Source: Mustelus asterias
Lineage: Eukaryota
DNA: 64,000 bases
Assembly (NCBI RefSeq): GCF_964213995.1
Contig: NW_027590142.1
Span: 992,001 to 1,056,000, forward strand
Reading direction: 5' to 3'
A program made the position numbers and the translations under genes. Below the pieces are notes generated by a model that made no database searches, was not told where the DNA came from, and was given only the letters and a program-made list of their open reading frames with translations. How positions within the stretch are numbered: the first letter of the stretch is position 1; every line of letters begins with the position of its first letter. Shown one piece after another: positions 49,399 to 61,599 of the stretch.

Positions 49399-50637
49399 GG
49401 GAAAGATTGGATTGTCCAGCCAGTCCACCACATTGGCCGTTCGCTTTGCGTGTTGGCCAGTATAGTGTGCTCCAGGCAGGGGGCGGGCAGAGGATAAGGA
49501 GTTCAAGGCGGGCTTAATGCGTGCCTTTCGGTGAGCTTTTGGAAATGTGGCCGCTGGGAGGAACGCCTTGGTCGGCGTGAAGTTTCTGTTTCAAGTGCTT
49601 GGGTTCGTGACTTGTGCAAGAACTTTTTGTTTCGGCTGGGGCTTGTTGAATGCTGCTCTCGCTGGGATTCCTGTGCCTTGAATGGCGTGGCCCAGGTAGA
49701 TGCAATCTCGGAAGACCCAAGCCAGGGAGGAGCCATTTGGGAACTATGGTTTCGGAAGGTTCAGCCGCGGAAGGTGTGACCCCAGACGGTGCAGCCCCAG
49801 TGGGTGTGATTTTGGAAGTTCTGGCCCGGAGTGGTGGACTTTGGAGGACTGTAGTTGAGCGTTGTCGACTTCGGACGGTGGAATGTTGATGGGCGAAGCT
49901 CTGGAAGGCGATGCCTCCGAAATGTTTCACAATTGTATGGTTGTTCATGGATTGTTTGTTATTGTAATATGTGGTTTTCCTGTTATGGTAGTTGGTGGTT
50001 TGTTCCGGCCCCCGTCTATTTTCTTGCGTTATTTGTGGCCTGGGGGGCATCCCCCCCTGGATAAAGTCACCCCCGGGGGGTGTGACATCCACTTGGGGAA
50101 AGTTCTGGGTGGTGAAGCCCCGGACATAGTAACACCAGAGGGATTTTATTCTCCGGGAGAAAAATTGGGAAGGCAGGCCCGAACTGAGTACCCTGGAGAG
50201 ACTCTCCCACCGCCCCGGCTGAAATTCCGGAAGGGATTCCGGATTGAGTAGGCGGGGTGGTTTCCCCATTTCCCCCCCTCCGGCTGAACATCCGTAAGGT
50301 GTAACCCCCGGATATGAGTACCACTGGAGGGTTGCATCCCCCGGCAGGTGGACAAACCCAGGGGACGGTGCCCTTATGCTTCAGTGTTTATTTTTTGTTG
50401 TGTACAGTTGTAGTGTTGTGTTAATGTTTGTAGATTTGTAGATTATGATTTGTAAATGGAGGTGTATTTTGAGGGCAATGCCCTGGAAAACTGTAATTGA
50501 CGATGAACCCTTCCGAAATGGAAGGTAGTAACTGATAAATGGATGGCGTTAGCCATTGGTAATGTATTTTTTCACATTTGTTCTTTGTGTATTTGTAATT
50601 GTTTTGTATTAACGTATTTGTAATAAACAAAAAGGAA
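49399..50637 (+). mobile_element. Unclassified non-autonomous element, copy 1 (putative Tx1/L1-mobilised)
   Basis: Flanked by ccaacatctgtgagt (49384-49398, 50638-50652); ends AATAAA (50622) plus A-rich tail. Confidence 0.8.
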
Positions 50638-50652
50638 CCAACATCTGTGAGT

Positions 50653-51938
50653 GGGAAAGATTGGATTGTCCAGCCAGTCCACCATATTGGCCGTTCGCTT
50701 TGCGTGTTGGCCAGTATGGTGTGCTCCAGGCAGGGGGCGGGCAGGCAGAGGATAAGGAGTTCAAGGCGGGCTTAATGCGCGCCTTTCGGTGAGCTTTTGG
50801 AAATGTGGCCGCTGGGAGGAACGCCTTGGTCGGCGTGAAGTTTCTGTTTCAAGTGCTTGGGTTCGTGACTTGTGCAAGAACTTTTTGTTTCGGCTGGGGC
50901 TTGTTGAATGTTGCTCTCGCTGGGATTCCTGTGCCTTGAATGGCGTGGCCCAGGTAGATGCAATCTCGGAAGACCCAAGCCAGGGAGGAGCCATTTGGGA
51001 ACTATGGTTTTGGAAGGTTCAGCCGCGGAAGGTGTGACCCCAGACGGTGCAGCCCCAGTGGGTGTGATTTTGGAAGATCTGGCCCGGAGTGGTGGACTTT
51101 GGAAGACTGTAGTTGAGCTTTGTCGACTTCGGACGGTGTGATGTTGATGGGCGAAGCTCTGGAAGGCGATGCCTCTGGAATGTTTCACAATTGTATGGTT
51201 GTTAATGGATTGTTTGTTCTCGTAATATGTGGTTCTCCTGTTATATTAGTTGGTGGTTTATTCCGCCCTCCCCACCCCCGTCTATTTCCTTGCATTATTT
51301 GTGGCCTGGGGGGCATCTCCCCCCGCCCCCCTGGATAGAGTAACCCCCGGGGGGTGTAGCATCCGGTTGGGAACGTTCTGGGTGGTGAAGCCCCGGACAT
51401 AGTAACACCAGAGGGACCCCATTCTCCAGGAGAAAGTCCGGGAGAAAGTCGGGGAGTGCCCCCCACACCCCCCCCCCCCCCTGCAAAATGAGTACCCCGG
51501 AGAGCCTTTCCCCTCCGCCCCAGCTGAAACTCCGGAAGGGATACCGGACGGAGTAGGTCCAGGGTGGTATCCCCTTTTCCCCCCTCCGGTCGAACATCCG
51601 TAATGTGTAACCCCGGACATTAGTACCTCTGGAGGGTTGCATCCCCCGGTAGGGGACAAACCCAGGGGGCGGTGCCCTGGAGGATAGTGGTTATGCTTCA
51701 GTGTTTATTTTTGTTGTGTTGGACTAATGTTTGTTACTTTGTAGATTATGATTTGTAAATGGAGGTGTATTTAGAGGGCAATGCCCTGGAAAACTATGAC
51801 CGTTAGTGAACCCTACCTAAATAGAAGGTAGTGACTGATAAATGGATGGCGTTAGCCATTGGTAATATATTTTTCACATTTGTGCTTTGTGTATTTTAAT
51901 TGTTTTGTATTAACGTATTTGTAATAAACGAACAGAAA
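50653..51938 (+). mobile_element. Unclassified non-autonomous element, copy 2
   Basis: Same 5' start gggaaagattgg; AATAAA at 51923; followed by ccaacacctgtgagt (51939-51953). Confidence 0.8.
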
Positions 51939-52283
51939 CCAACACCTGTGAGTAAAACACTTTCTTCTCTCCCCCTTTCCATTTCTTTTCTAATTCTGGG
52001 GGAAATTGGGGACTTGCAGCAACTGAAGGGAAAGGAAGTGAATCCAGGGAGGCTGCAGACTCTGGTAAGGTTGGCCCAGGTCTCTCTCTCTCTCTCTTAA
52101 AGACATTGACATCCTTTGCTTCCTCAGCTTGACACATTGATTTGTTTGTCTAAAAGGATGGTCTCTTTCCTAATGTTCACAATGAAAGGGCTGGTTTCCC
52201 CAGGAGATGGCTGACATTTAAGGAGACAGTAAATTAATATAGGACAGAGATATGTCTACTGTTATTAAATGGTCCATATCAGA

Positions 52284-52631
52284 TCATAGAAATCATAGAA
52301 ACCCTACAGTACAGAAAGAGGCCATTTGGCCCATCGAGTCTGCACCAACCATAATCCCACCCAGGCCCTACCCCCATATCCCGACACATTTACCCACTAA
52401 TCCCTCTAACCTATGCATGTCAGGACACTAAGGGGCAATTTTAGCATGGCCAATCAACCTCACCCGCACATCTTTGGACTGTGGGAGGAAACCGGAGCAC
52501 CCGGAGGAAACCCACGCAGACACGAGGAGAATGTGCAAACTCCACACAGACAGTGACCCAAGCCGGGAATCGAACCCAGGTCCCTGGAGCTGTGAAGCAG
52601 CAGTGCTAACCACTGTGCTACCGTGCCGCCC
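52284..52631 (-). mobile_element. HE1 SINE, full length
   Basis: Near-identical reverse complement of 6415-6763. Confidence 0.92.
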
Positions 52632-53565
52632 ATATATTATTTATTGTCTTGTAATAAAATATAGTTAATATCTTTTCTTGCTGTGTAATGTAGTACCTTA
52701 GCTATATTTCCAGTCATCTCTTCCGTCAGAGTGTTGTATTATCTGGGTTTCTCTTCCTCCGGGACCAGTGAAGGCTGAAGATCATTGAATATATCATTGA
52801 GGGGACAAGGGAGTCAAGAGTTATGGGGAAAATGGAGAGAAAGTTAAGATGAGGAGGGATTTCTTCACTTGAGGATGTGGTGAAGTTTTGGCATTCTCTA
52901 CCCCAGAAACCTAGTCATAAAGTATGCTCAAGCAGGGGATTGATATATTTCTAGACATTGAAGATATCTAGAGATATGGGGGATAATCTGGCAGAGGTAA
53001 ATCGGTCAGTGAGCTCATTGAATGGTTCAGCAGGCTCGATGGGCCGAATAGTCAACAGCAGCAACTATTTCTTCAGATCTGTGTCCAGGGCAGGAAGCAG
53101 TGAGCATGGGTCTGTCAATCAGCCTGAATTTACAGCTCTTGGGGAATGAGAGAGGAAAGCACATTCCATAGAAACTTGAATTGTCTGTTTTGAATTTCTA
53201 TCCTGTACTGACAGTGAGATATTTTCTAAATTGTTTTTACAGGATATTGGAAGAGGAGAAATCACTGACAGAAATCTCAGACGTGATGTGCATTTTGGAC
53301 AAAATCACTCGATTCCTTGGGACGTGAATATCAGAGAAATGTTTGACCGGTCTGTCAACTTCAAAAGATTTTAAACATTAGTGTGGATGGACAAGCAGCG
53401 AGACACACACACACCCGAGTGAGAGTGTTCCAGTGCACTGACTGTGGAAAGAGCTTTCACCAGTTACACAGCCTGACATCCATTCACACTGGGGAGAAAC
53501 CGCACACCTGTTTTCACGGCTTCAACGGGTTGTCTGAACTGCAGGGATACAAGGAGACTCAAAAC

Positions 53566-54156
53566 ATGGAAAAACCGTGGATATGTGTGGACTGCGGGAA
53601 GGGATACAGAGCCCCATCAGAGCTGCAAGCTCATCGACGCATTCATACGGGAGAAAGGCCATTCACCTGCTCTTGGTGTGGGAAAGGATTCACTCGGTTA
53701 TCCATCCTGCAGTCACACCAGCGTGTTCACACTGGGGAGAGACCCTTCATCTGTTCTGAGTGCGGGAAGGGATTCAGTCATTCATCCAGTCTGCAGACAC
53801 ACCAGCGAGGTCACACTGGGGAGAGACCATTCACCTGCTCTCACTGTGGGAAGGGATTCAGAGATTTATCCAACCTGCAGACACACCAGCGAGTTCACAC
53901 AGGGGAGAGACCGTTCACCTGCTCTCAGTGTGGGAAGGGATTCACTCAGTCATCCACCCTGCAGTCACACCAGCGAGTTCACACAGGGGAGAGGCCATTC
54001 ACCTGCTCTGTGTGTGAGAAGAGATTCAGTCTTTCATTCCACCTGCGGAGACACCAGCGAGTTCACACTGGGGAGAGACCGTTCGCCTGCTCTCAGTGTG
54101 GGAAGGGATTCACTCAGTTATCTAACCTGGAGACACACCAGCGAGTTCACAAGTGA
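53566..54156 (+). CDS. C2H2 zinc-finger protein, 7 fingers from MEKPW (frame open upstream to ~53383)
   Basis: Tandem fingers with TGERPF linkers; acceptor TTTTTACAG at ~53241. Confidence 0.85.
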   Translation: MEKPWICVDCGKGYRAPSELQAHRRIHTGERPFTCSWCGKGFTRLSILQSHQRVHTGERPFICSECGKGFSHSSSLQTHQRGHTGERPFTCSHCGKGFRDLSNLQTHQRVHTGERPFTCSQCGKGFTQSSTLQSHQRVHTGERPFTCSVCEKRFSLSFHLRRHQRVHTGERPFACSQCGKGFTQLSNLETHQRVHK

Positions 54157-55184
54157 TCACACGGGTTGGATTCTGCTGTTATTGTTTCTGCTCTCAATTA
54201 CATCCAGGACTGCATTTTGTTCATTCTCACAGTTGGTCAATGGGGAGGGTCGGAGGGTTTCTTTCTGCTGGACTGGCCGGTCTCATGACTTTGCCTCCAG
54301 TGGGCTGATGCTCTTTGAGTCTTGTTGTGAATACCTGGTTTCAGATTTCACATGGATCACAGAGTGACTGGGTGTGAGGAAGTTCAGAGATATTTAGTCA
54401 GCATTTCTGTTTGAAACCTCCCAAATGCCCATCCAATTTCCTTTGTAATTGTTTATTGTCTCCACTTCCTCCACCCTCGTAGGCAGCGAGTTCCAGGTCA
54501 TTACCATGCGCCGCATCAAAATATTCTTCCTCACATCCCCCACCCCCCGCATCTCTGACCCAAAACTTAAATCTCTGTCCCCCTCATCCTTGTCCCATCA
54601 GCGAATGAGAACAGCTTTTCTTTGTCCACCTTATTTAACCTGTCAGAATTTTGTCCACCTCTATCAAATCTCCCCTCAACCTCCTTTGCTCCAAGGGGAA
54701 CAACCCCAACCTGACATTGACAATAAAGAACAAACAGAATATGTTAATCCCTGAAATCAAATGGGAATGTTTAATTTCTGTTTTAAAGATATTGTGCATA
54801 TATTGTCCTGGACAATAAAGAAATTGGAATAACTCACCTTGGGTGTGGTTGAATGGAATATATGAATCTGGTATCCACCTACATTCTTGAGAAAGTCTGG
54901 GTTGTGTAGATGGGATGAATAAGTTGATCACTTTCTCTTGGAAATACTTACATCCTTGTCCATGAACTTTGTTTTAAAGAAATCCACATTTAAAAGTCCG
55001 GCCACTACATGAAATATCAGCACCAGAACAGCAGGAGATAAGAAAGACAGACACTCTGATCTTTTCATCAGCACATCTGAGAGTCAAGAATGTGTGACAT
55101 GATTTTGGGATACGGGTGAGAGTGTGCAGATATGAATAGTTACATGTGAAAAATAGCAAGCCTAAATTCATGGTGCATTGGAGC

Positions 55185-57008
55185 GAAGAGCGGGTCCCAG
55201 TGGTCCCCAACATCTCAGATGCCAGTCTCCAGCCAAGTCGATTCACTCCACATGATATCAAGAAACAGTTGGAGGCACTGGATATTGCTAAGGCAATGGG
55301 CCCTGATAACATTCCAGACTTGTGCTCCACAACTTGCCGGTTCCATAGCCAAGCTCTTCCAGTACAATTGCAACACTGGCATCTACCCGGCAATGTGGAA
55401 AATTGCCCTGAACACAAAAAGCAGGACAAATCCAACCCAGCCAAATACCGCCCAATCAGTCGACTCTTGATCATCAGTAAAGTGATGGAAGGGGTCATCA
55501 ACAGCGCTATCAAGCAGCACCTGCTCAGCAATAACCTGCTCAGTGACGCCCAGTTTGGGTTTCACCAGGGTCAGCTCCCGACCTCATTACAGCCTTGGTT
55601 CAAACATGGACAAAAGAGCTGAATCCCAGAGGTGAGGTGAGAGTGAAAGCCCTTGACATCAAGGCCACATTTGACCGAGTGCAGCATCAAGGAACCTGAG
55701 CCAAACTGGAATCAATGGGTATCAGGAGGCAAATTCCGCTGGGTGGAATCATACCTGGTACATAGGAAGATGGTTGTGGTTTTGGAGTGTCAGTCATCTC
55801 AGCTCCAGGACATCTCTGCATGAGTCCCTCAGGGTCGTGTCCTTGGCCCAACCATTTCAGCTGCATCATCAATGACCTTTCATCCATCATAAGGTTAGAA
55901 GTGGGGATATTCGCCGATGGTTGCACAATGTTCACTATTCATGACCCCTCAGACACCGAAGCTGTCCATGTTCAAATTCAACATGATCTGGACAACATTC
56001 AGGCTTGGGCTGACAAGGGGCAAGTAACATTTAATGGCAGGCAATGACCATCACCAACAAGAGCCAATCTAACCACCGCTCCTTGACATTCAATGGTGTA
56101 ACCATCACTGAATCTCCCACTGTCAACATCCTTGGGGTTACCATTGACCAGAAACTCAACTGGACTCACCACATTAACACAGTGGCTGCAAGAGCAGATC
56201 AGAGGCGAGGAATACTGTGGAGAGTAACTCACCTCCTGACTCCGCAGAGCCTATCCACCATCTACAAGGCACAAGTCAGGAGTGTGATGGAATATTCCCC
56301 ACTTTTAAAGTTTTAAAGTTTATTTATTCGTCACAAGTAAGGCTTACATTAACACTGCAACGAAGTTACTGTGAAATTCCCCTAATTGCCACAGTCCGGC
56401 GCCTGTTTGGGTCAATGCACCTAACCAGCACGTTTTTCAGAATGTGGGAGGAAACTGGAGCACCCGGAGGAAACCCACGCAGACACGGGGAGAATGTGCA
56501 AACTCCATACAGACAGTGACCCAAGCCGGGAATCGAACCCAGGCCCTGGCGCTGTGAGGCAGCGGTGTGAACCACTGCACCATCGTGCAGCCCATAGATT
56601 GACACCACATCTACAAACATCCACTCCCTCCACCACCGCACTCAGTAGCAGCAGTGTGTACTATCTGCACTGCAGCAATTCACCAAAGATCCTCAGACAG
56701 CACCTTCCAAACCCATGACCACTTCCATCTAGAAGGACAAGGCAGCAGATACATGGGAACACCACCACCTGCAAGTTCCCCTCCAAGCCATTCACCATCC
56801 TGACTTGGAAATATATCGCTGTTCCTTCGCCGTCACTGGGTCAAAATCCTGGTATTCCCTCCCTAGCGGCATTGTGGGTCAACCCACAGCACATGGACTG
56901 CAGCGATTCAAGAGGCAGCTCACCACCACCTTCTCAAGGGCAACTAGGGATGGGCAATAAATGCCGGCCAGCCAGTGACGCTCATGTCCCACGAATGAAT
57001 AAAAAAAA
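55185..57008 (+). mobile_element. CR1/L2-superfamily LINE (second family), 5'-truncated, SINE inserted at 56313-56593
   Basis: YRPISRLLIISKVMEG, QFGF, INDL, IFADG, YKAQVRSVMEYSP; ends gaatgaataaaaaaaa. Confidence 0.88.
56313..56593 (-). mobile_element. HE1-related SINE, alternative tail
   Basis: Head and core on the minus strand; tail as at 2424 and 24424. Confidence 0.88.
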
Positions 57009-57519
57009 GATGAGTAGTTAGTCCTGGGAATGGTTCAGTGAAGGGTTCCCTGCTATTCGAAACCCCAGGAAGGTGCCGTCCGTGCTTCTCAGAGGCAGTG
57101 ACTGTTTCTCTGTCAGCCCCAGGATTTCACATTGTCGTCCACTTCTCTTGGATCGATCACTGACTTGAAAGTGTGGAGTTGGTAGAGTTTCATTGATGAG
57201 TAAACTTGACCCGATCAGTTTCTAAAAGTTGCATGTAATCAATAAACTTTGATACAATTGACTGATTTGGTGTCTGAGTCTTTGCTTGATGGTTATATCT
57301 CTGCCAAATTCAAACCCTTTAAAAGGACAATTTGGGTTCCAGAATTGAGCAGTGTACAGCCAAATTGGAACAATGTAACAGATCAAAAATAAACATTTTT
57401 TAAACTGATAATGTCTTTGTAACAATCAGCAGCCCCAGCCTTTCCTGAGGGTTAAATGCTCTCAGTTCTGGGATTATTCTTGTGACTTTTTTTGCCCCTT
57501 CTCCAGTGCCTTTATTTCT

Positions 57520-57795
57520 ACAGTGGTTAGCACTGCTGCCTCACAAATCCAGGGAGACGTGTTTGATTCTGGCCTTGGGTGACTGTTTGTGTGAAGTTTG
57601 CACATTTTCCCTGCAGGTGCTCCGGTTTCCACCCACAGTCCAACGATGTGCAGGTTAGATAGATTAGCTATGGCAAATATGCGGGGTTCGAGGCTCGGGT
57701 GGAATAGACCTGGCTGGGATGAACTTTTGGAGAGTCAGTACAGACTCAATTGGGCTGAATGGCCTCCTTCCGCACTGGAGGGATTCTATGATTCT
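57520..57795 (+). mobile_element. Degenerate HE1 SINE
   Basis: cagtggttagcactgctgcctcac ... ggattctatgattcta. Confidence 0.75.
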
Positions 57796-58334
57796 AAATG
57801 GAGATCACAACTGTTGACAGTATTCCCAGTGTTGTATAATCACGCTTCTAATCAAGTCGAACATAACCTCCCTGCTGTTCGATTCTATCCCTCGAGAATG
57901 GAACTCTATATGTGGGCCTCAGACTTGAGGGAAGATGTGAAGTTCTTAGAGAGGATGCAGAGGAGATTTGCGAGAATGGCACCTCACATCCTTAAAAAGT
58001 ACCTGGACCAGCACTTGGCAAGTCAGAACATTTAAGATGATGGGCCAGGTGCTGGTAAATAGGATTAGGTGGGAAGTCAGGCGTTTCTTGCATGTCGGTG
58101 CAGACTCGATGGGCTGAAGGGCCTTTTCTGCACTGTACGATTCTATGATGAGGCAATTCAGTTAGTTGGAGAGACTGGAGCAGCTGAAATTTCTCTCTTT
58201 AGATCAGTCAGACATCAGGGCTTGGAATGGGGCCATTCGGGCCACTGATTCAATGCTGGCTCTCTGCAGAGCAAACCCTTACCCGTTCTATGGACATATC
58301 CATGCTCATGCTTCCTGTCCTGGATGAGCAGAAA

Positions 58335-58696
58335 CTGATAGCCAAGTTCCGCACACATGAGGACGGCCTCAACCGGGATCTTGGATTCCTGTCACACTAT
58401 CTGTAACCCCCACAGCTTGTCTGGACTTGCAGAATCTCACTGGCTGTCCTGTCTTTAACCTGTGCTTAATGCTCCCTCCATTCACATTGTTTGTACCTTT
58501 AAGACTTGATTATCTGTAAAGACTGCATTCCAATCATTATTCTGTAAATTGAGTTTGTGTCTCTGTATGCCCTGTTTGTGAGCATTTCTCCACTCCACCT
58601 GACGAAGTGGCAGCGCTCTGAAAGCTAGTGGTATTTGCTACCAAATAAACTTGTTGGACTTCAACCTGGTGTTGTTAAACTTCTTACTGTGTTTAT
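58335..58696 (+). mobile_element. Penelope-like element 3' end/pLTR with hammerhead motif (~58596-58631)
   Basis: LIAKFRTHEDGLNRDLGFLSHYL*; ccac-CTGACGA-a-gtggc-agc-gctct-GAAA-gcta-gtgg. Confidence 0.85.
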
Positions 58697-58799
58697 CCTG
58701 TCCTGGAAACAGAGAGCTGGAAATCTCCATGCAGGCGGCCAGACAGACATATGTCTATCTGACTGGACTAACAATGTGTGGAATGGACAGACTGGGGAA

Positions 58800-59225
58800 C
58801 AATGGGTGGGGGCGGGGCTCCCGGGTCCGCGCGCCTGAACCCGGAGACGTCACCGCGGAGCAGAGTGATTGCTATTGGCTGATTCAGGCAGGGCTCCATT
58901 GTGCCGTCACAATGACTCAGAGGGGCGTTCCCAGCACACAGTGTCCCATTGGCAGCAATGTCACTGGTTACAGAAGCAGCACACTGCGGATTGGACACCA
59001 GCTCAGCGCAGCAGGCGGTCAAAGCCCCGCCCACCCCCACGTGGGCCCCGGTTCCGCCCCCTTATTGTCTACATGCGGCAGATTGACCAATGGGAACGTG
59101 TGGAGGACCGGATGGGCGCTGGTCCTCCAGCCAATCAGAGTCCGGGACTTGTGTGCATGGCCGTATGGAGCTTCCTCCATTGTTGCTCCTCTCTCTCTGG
59201 ATGAAGATTGAGCTTAAAACAGACT
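58800..59225 (+). promoter_or_regulatory. CpG-rich promoter of the 60.5-kb ZNF gene
   Basis: Contains blocks homologous to 48990-49090 (inverted) and 49270-49365 (direct); CCAAT and GC boxes. Confidence 0.55.
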
Positions 59226-60500
59226 AATATTGTACTGTCGCTACATTATATATTTCCAGTCATTCATCTCTTGCCTATTCGAGTCTTTGGATTTCTTCTC
59301 CACAGGGATCAGTGGAGGCTGAGGGTCATTGAATATATTCCAGGGTGAGTTAGACTGATTTTTGATTGATAAAGGAGTCAAGCGCTTTGGGGAACAGGTG
59401 GAAAATGGAGAGAAAGATAGGATGTGGAGGGATTTCCTCACTCAAGGATGTGGTGACGTTTTGGAATTCTGCACCCCAGAGGACTGTGGAGCCTCAGTCA
59501 TCAAGAATTTTCAAGCTGGAGATTGATAAATTTTGAGATATTGAGGACATTGGGTGATCTGGGAGATAATGTGGGAAATGGCGCTGAGGTAGATCAGCCA
59601 ATTCCCAATGAATGGTTGAGGCAATGGTTGGCCATTGGGCTGAATGGCCAACTGTTGCTTCTATTTCTTATGATTTCTATGTGCTGGAGTGGAAGCAGTG
59701 AGCATGGATCTGTCAATCAGCTTCAATCAGCACCTTGAGGAGAATTGGAAGGGGTGAATATTAGATACAGCAGAGTGAGAATGGAGGGAGAGTGTGTGGG
59801 ATGGAGATTCACAGCTTTTAGAACATAGAAACATGGAAAAACTACAGCACAAAATAGGCCCTTCGGCCCCACAAGTTGTGCCGAACATATCCCTACCTTT
59901 TAGGCCTACCTGTAACCCTCCATCCTATTAAGTCCCATGTACTCATCCAGGAGTCTCTTAAAAATCCCTATTGATTTTGCCTCCACCACCACTGACAGCA
60001 GCCGATTCCACTCGCCCACCACCCTCTGTGTGAAAAACTTCCCCCTAACATTTCCCCTGTACCGACCCCCCAGCAGGTATGGGGAATGAGAGAGGAAAGA
60101 ATGTTCCATAGAAACTAGAATTTTCTGTTCTGAATTTCTATTCTGTTCTGACACTGATTACTCTTTAAAACTTGTTTTACAGGATATTGAAAGAGGAATC
60201 ACGGGCAGAAATCTCAAAAGTCACATCGAGACATGACAGTCATATTCCTTGGGAGCTAAATATCATTGGCCTTTGAATCTAGAAGGAGAAATGATTGTAC
60301 AGTCTGTCGATTTGAAAAGATTTCAAACATCACTGTGACTGGAAAAGCACCAACACACCAACAGTGTTCCAGTGCACTGACTAAAGAGCTTTAACCAGTT
60401 ACACAGCCTGAATAAATATCACACCATTCGCAGCTGGGAGAGACTGTACTTGTGTTCTGTGTGTGGACAAGGCTGCAACTGAGGCAAGGACACCTGCACC

Positions 60501-61343
60501 ATGGAGAAACCATGGAAATGTGTGGACTGTGGGAAGGGATATGGAGCACCATCTAAGCTGGAAATTCATCGGCGCAGCCATACTGGGGAGAAGCCATTCA
60601 TCTGCTCTCAGTGTAAGAAGGGATTTAATCATTTATCCAGCCTACAGATGCACCAGCGAGTTCACACTGGGGAGAGGCCATTCACCTGCTCTCAGTGTGG
60701 GAAGGGATTCACTCAGTTATCCAACCTGCGGACACACCAGCGAGTTCACAGTGGGGAGAAACCATTCACCTGCTCTCAGTGTGGGGAGGGATTTACTCAG
60801 TCATCCCACCTGCAGACACACCAGCGAGTTCACACTGGGGAGAGGCCATTCACCTGCTCCCAGTGTGGGCAGGAATTCACTCAGTCATCCAACCTGCAGT
60901 CACACCAGCGAGTTCACACTGGAGAGAGGCCATTCACCTGCTCTCAGTGTGGGGAGGGATTCACTCAGTCGTCGCATCTGCGGACACACCAGCGAGTTCA
61001 CACTGGGGAGAGACCATTCACCTGCTCCCAGTGTGGGCAGGAATTCACTCGGTCAGCCGACCTGCAGAGACACCAGCGAGTTCACACTGGGGAGAGCCCG
61101 TTCACCTGCTCTCAGTGTGGGAAGGGATTCACTCAGTCAGCCGACCTGCAGAGACACCAGCGAGTTCACACTGGAGAGAGGCCGTTCACCTGCTCTCAGT
61201 GTGGAAACGGATTCACTCAGTCAGCCGACCTGCGGACACACCAGCGAGTTCACACTGGGGAGAAACCATTCACCTGCTCTCAGTGTGGGAAGGGATTCAC
61301 AGTTTCATCCCGGCTGCTGAGACACCAGCAAGTTCACGAGTGA
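60501..61343 (+). CDS. C2H2 zinc-finger protein, 10 fingers, 280 aa
   Basis: Intact [13 protein letters not shown]...HQQVHE; acceptor TTTTACAG at ~60182. Confidence 0.9.
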   Translation: MEKPWKCVDCGKGYGAPSKLEIHRRSHTGEKPFICSQCKKGFNHLSSLQMHQRVHTGERPFTCSQCGKGFTQLSNLRTHQRVHSGEKPFTCSQCGEGFTQSSHLQTHQRVHTGERPFTCSQCGQEFTQSSNLQSHQRVHTGERPFTCSQCGEGFTQSSHLRTHQRVHTGERPFTCSQCGQEFTRSADLQRHQRVHTGESPFTCSQCGKGFTQSADLQRHQRVHTGERPFTCSQCGNGFTQSADLRTHQRVHTGEKPFTCSQCGKGFTVSSRLLRHQQVHE

Positions 61344-61599
61344 TTCCAGGGTTTGGATTCTGCTGTTATTGTTTCTGCTCTCAGTTGCATCCAGGATTGC
61401 ATTTTGTTCATTCTCACAGTTGATCCATGGATTGGGTCAGAGGGTTTCTTTCTGCTGGACTGGCTGGTCACATGACTTTGCCTCCAGTGGGCTGATGCTC
61501 TTTGAGTCAAATGTCACAAGGATCTCAGAGTGACAGAGTGACAGGGTGACAGGGTGACAGAGTGACAGGGTGTTAAGAAGTTCAGAAATATTTAGTCAG

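Noticed and set aside
49399-49480. HDV-like ribozyme at the 5' end of the tandem element, or a hammerhead/twister inside it
   Set aside because: No P1 partner for GGGAAAG and no CUGANGA/GAAA or twister core found by eye
50541-50560. ATGGCGTTAGCCAT resembling HCV IRES domain II sequence
   Set aside because: Only ~10 nt; explained as a simple local hairpin
33882-61423. Long alternative-frame ORFs overlapping the ZNF genes (HTSEFTLGR repeats)
   Set aside because: Expected shadow frames of repetitive C2H2 coding sequence
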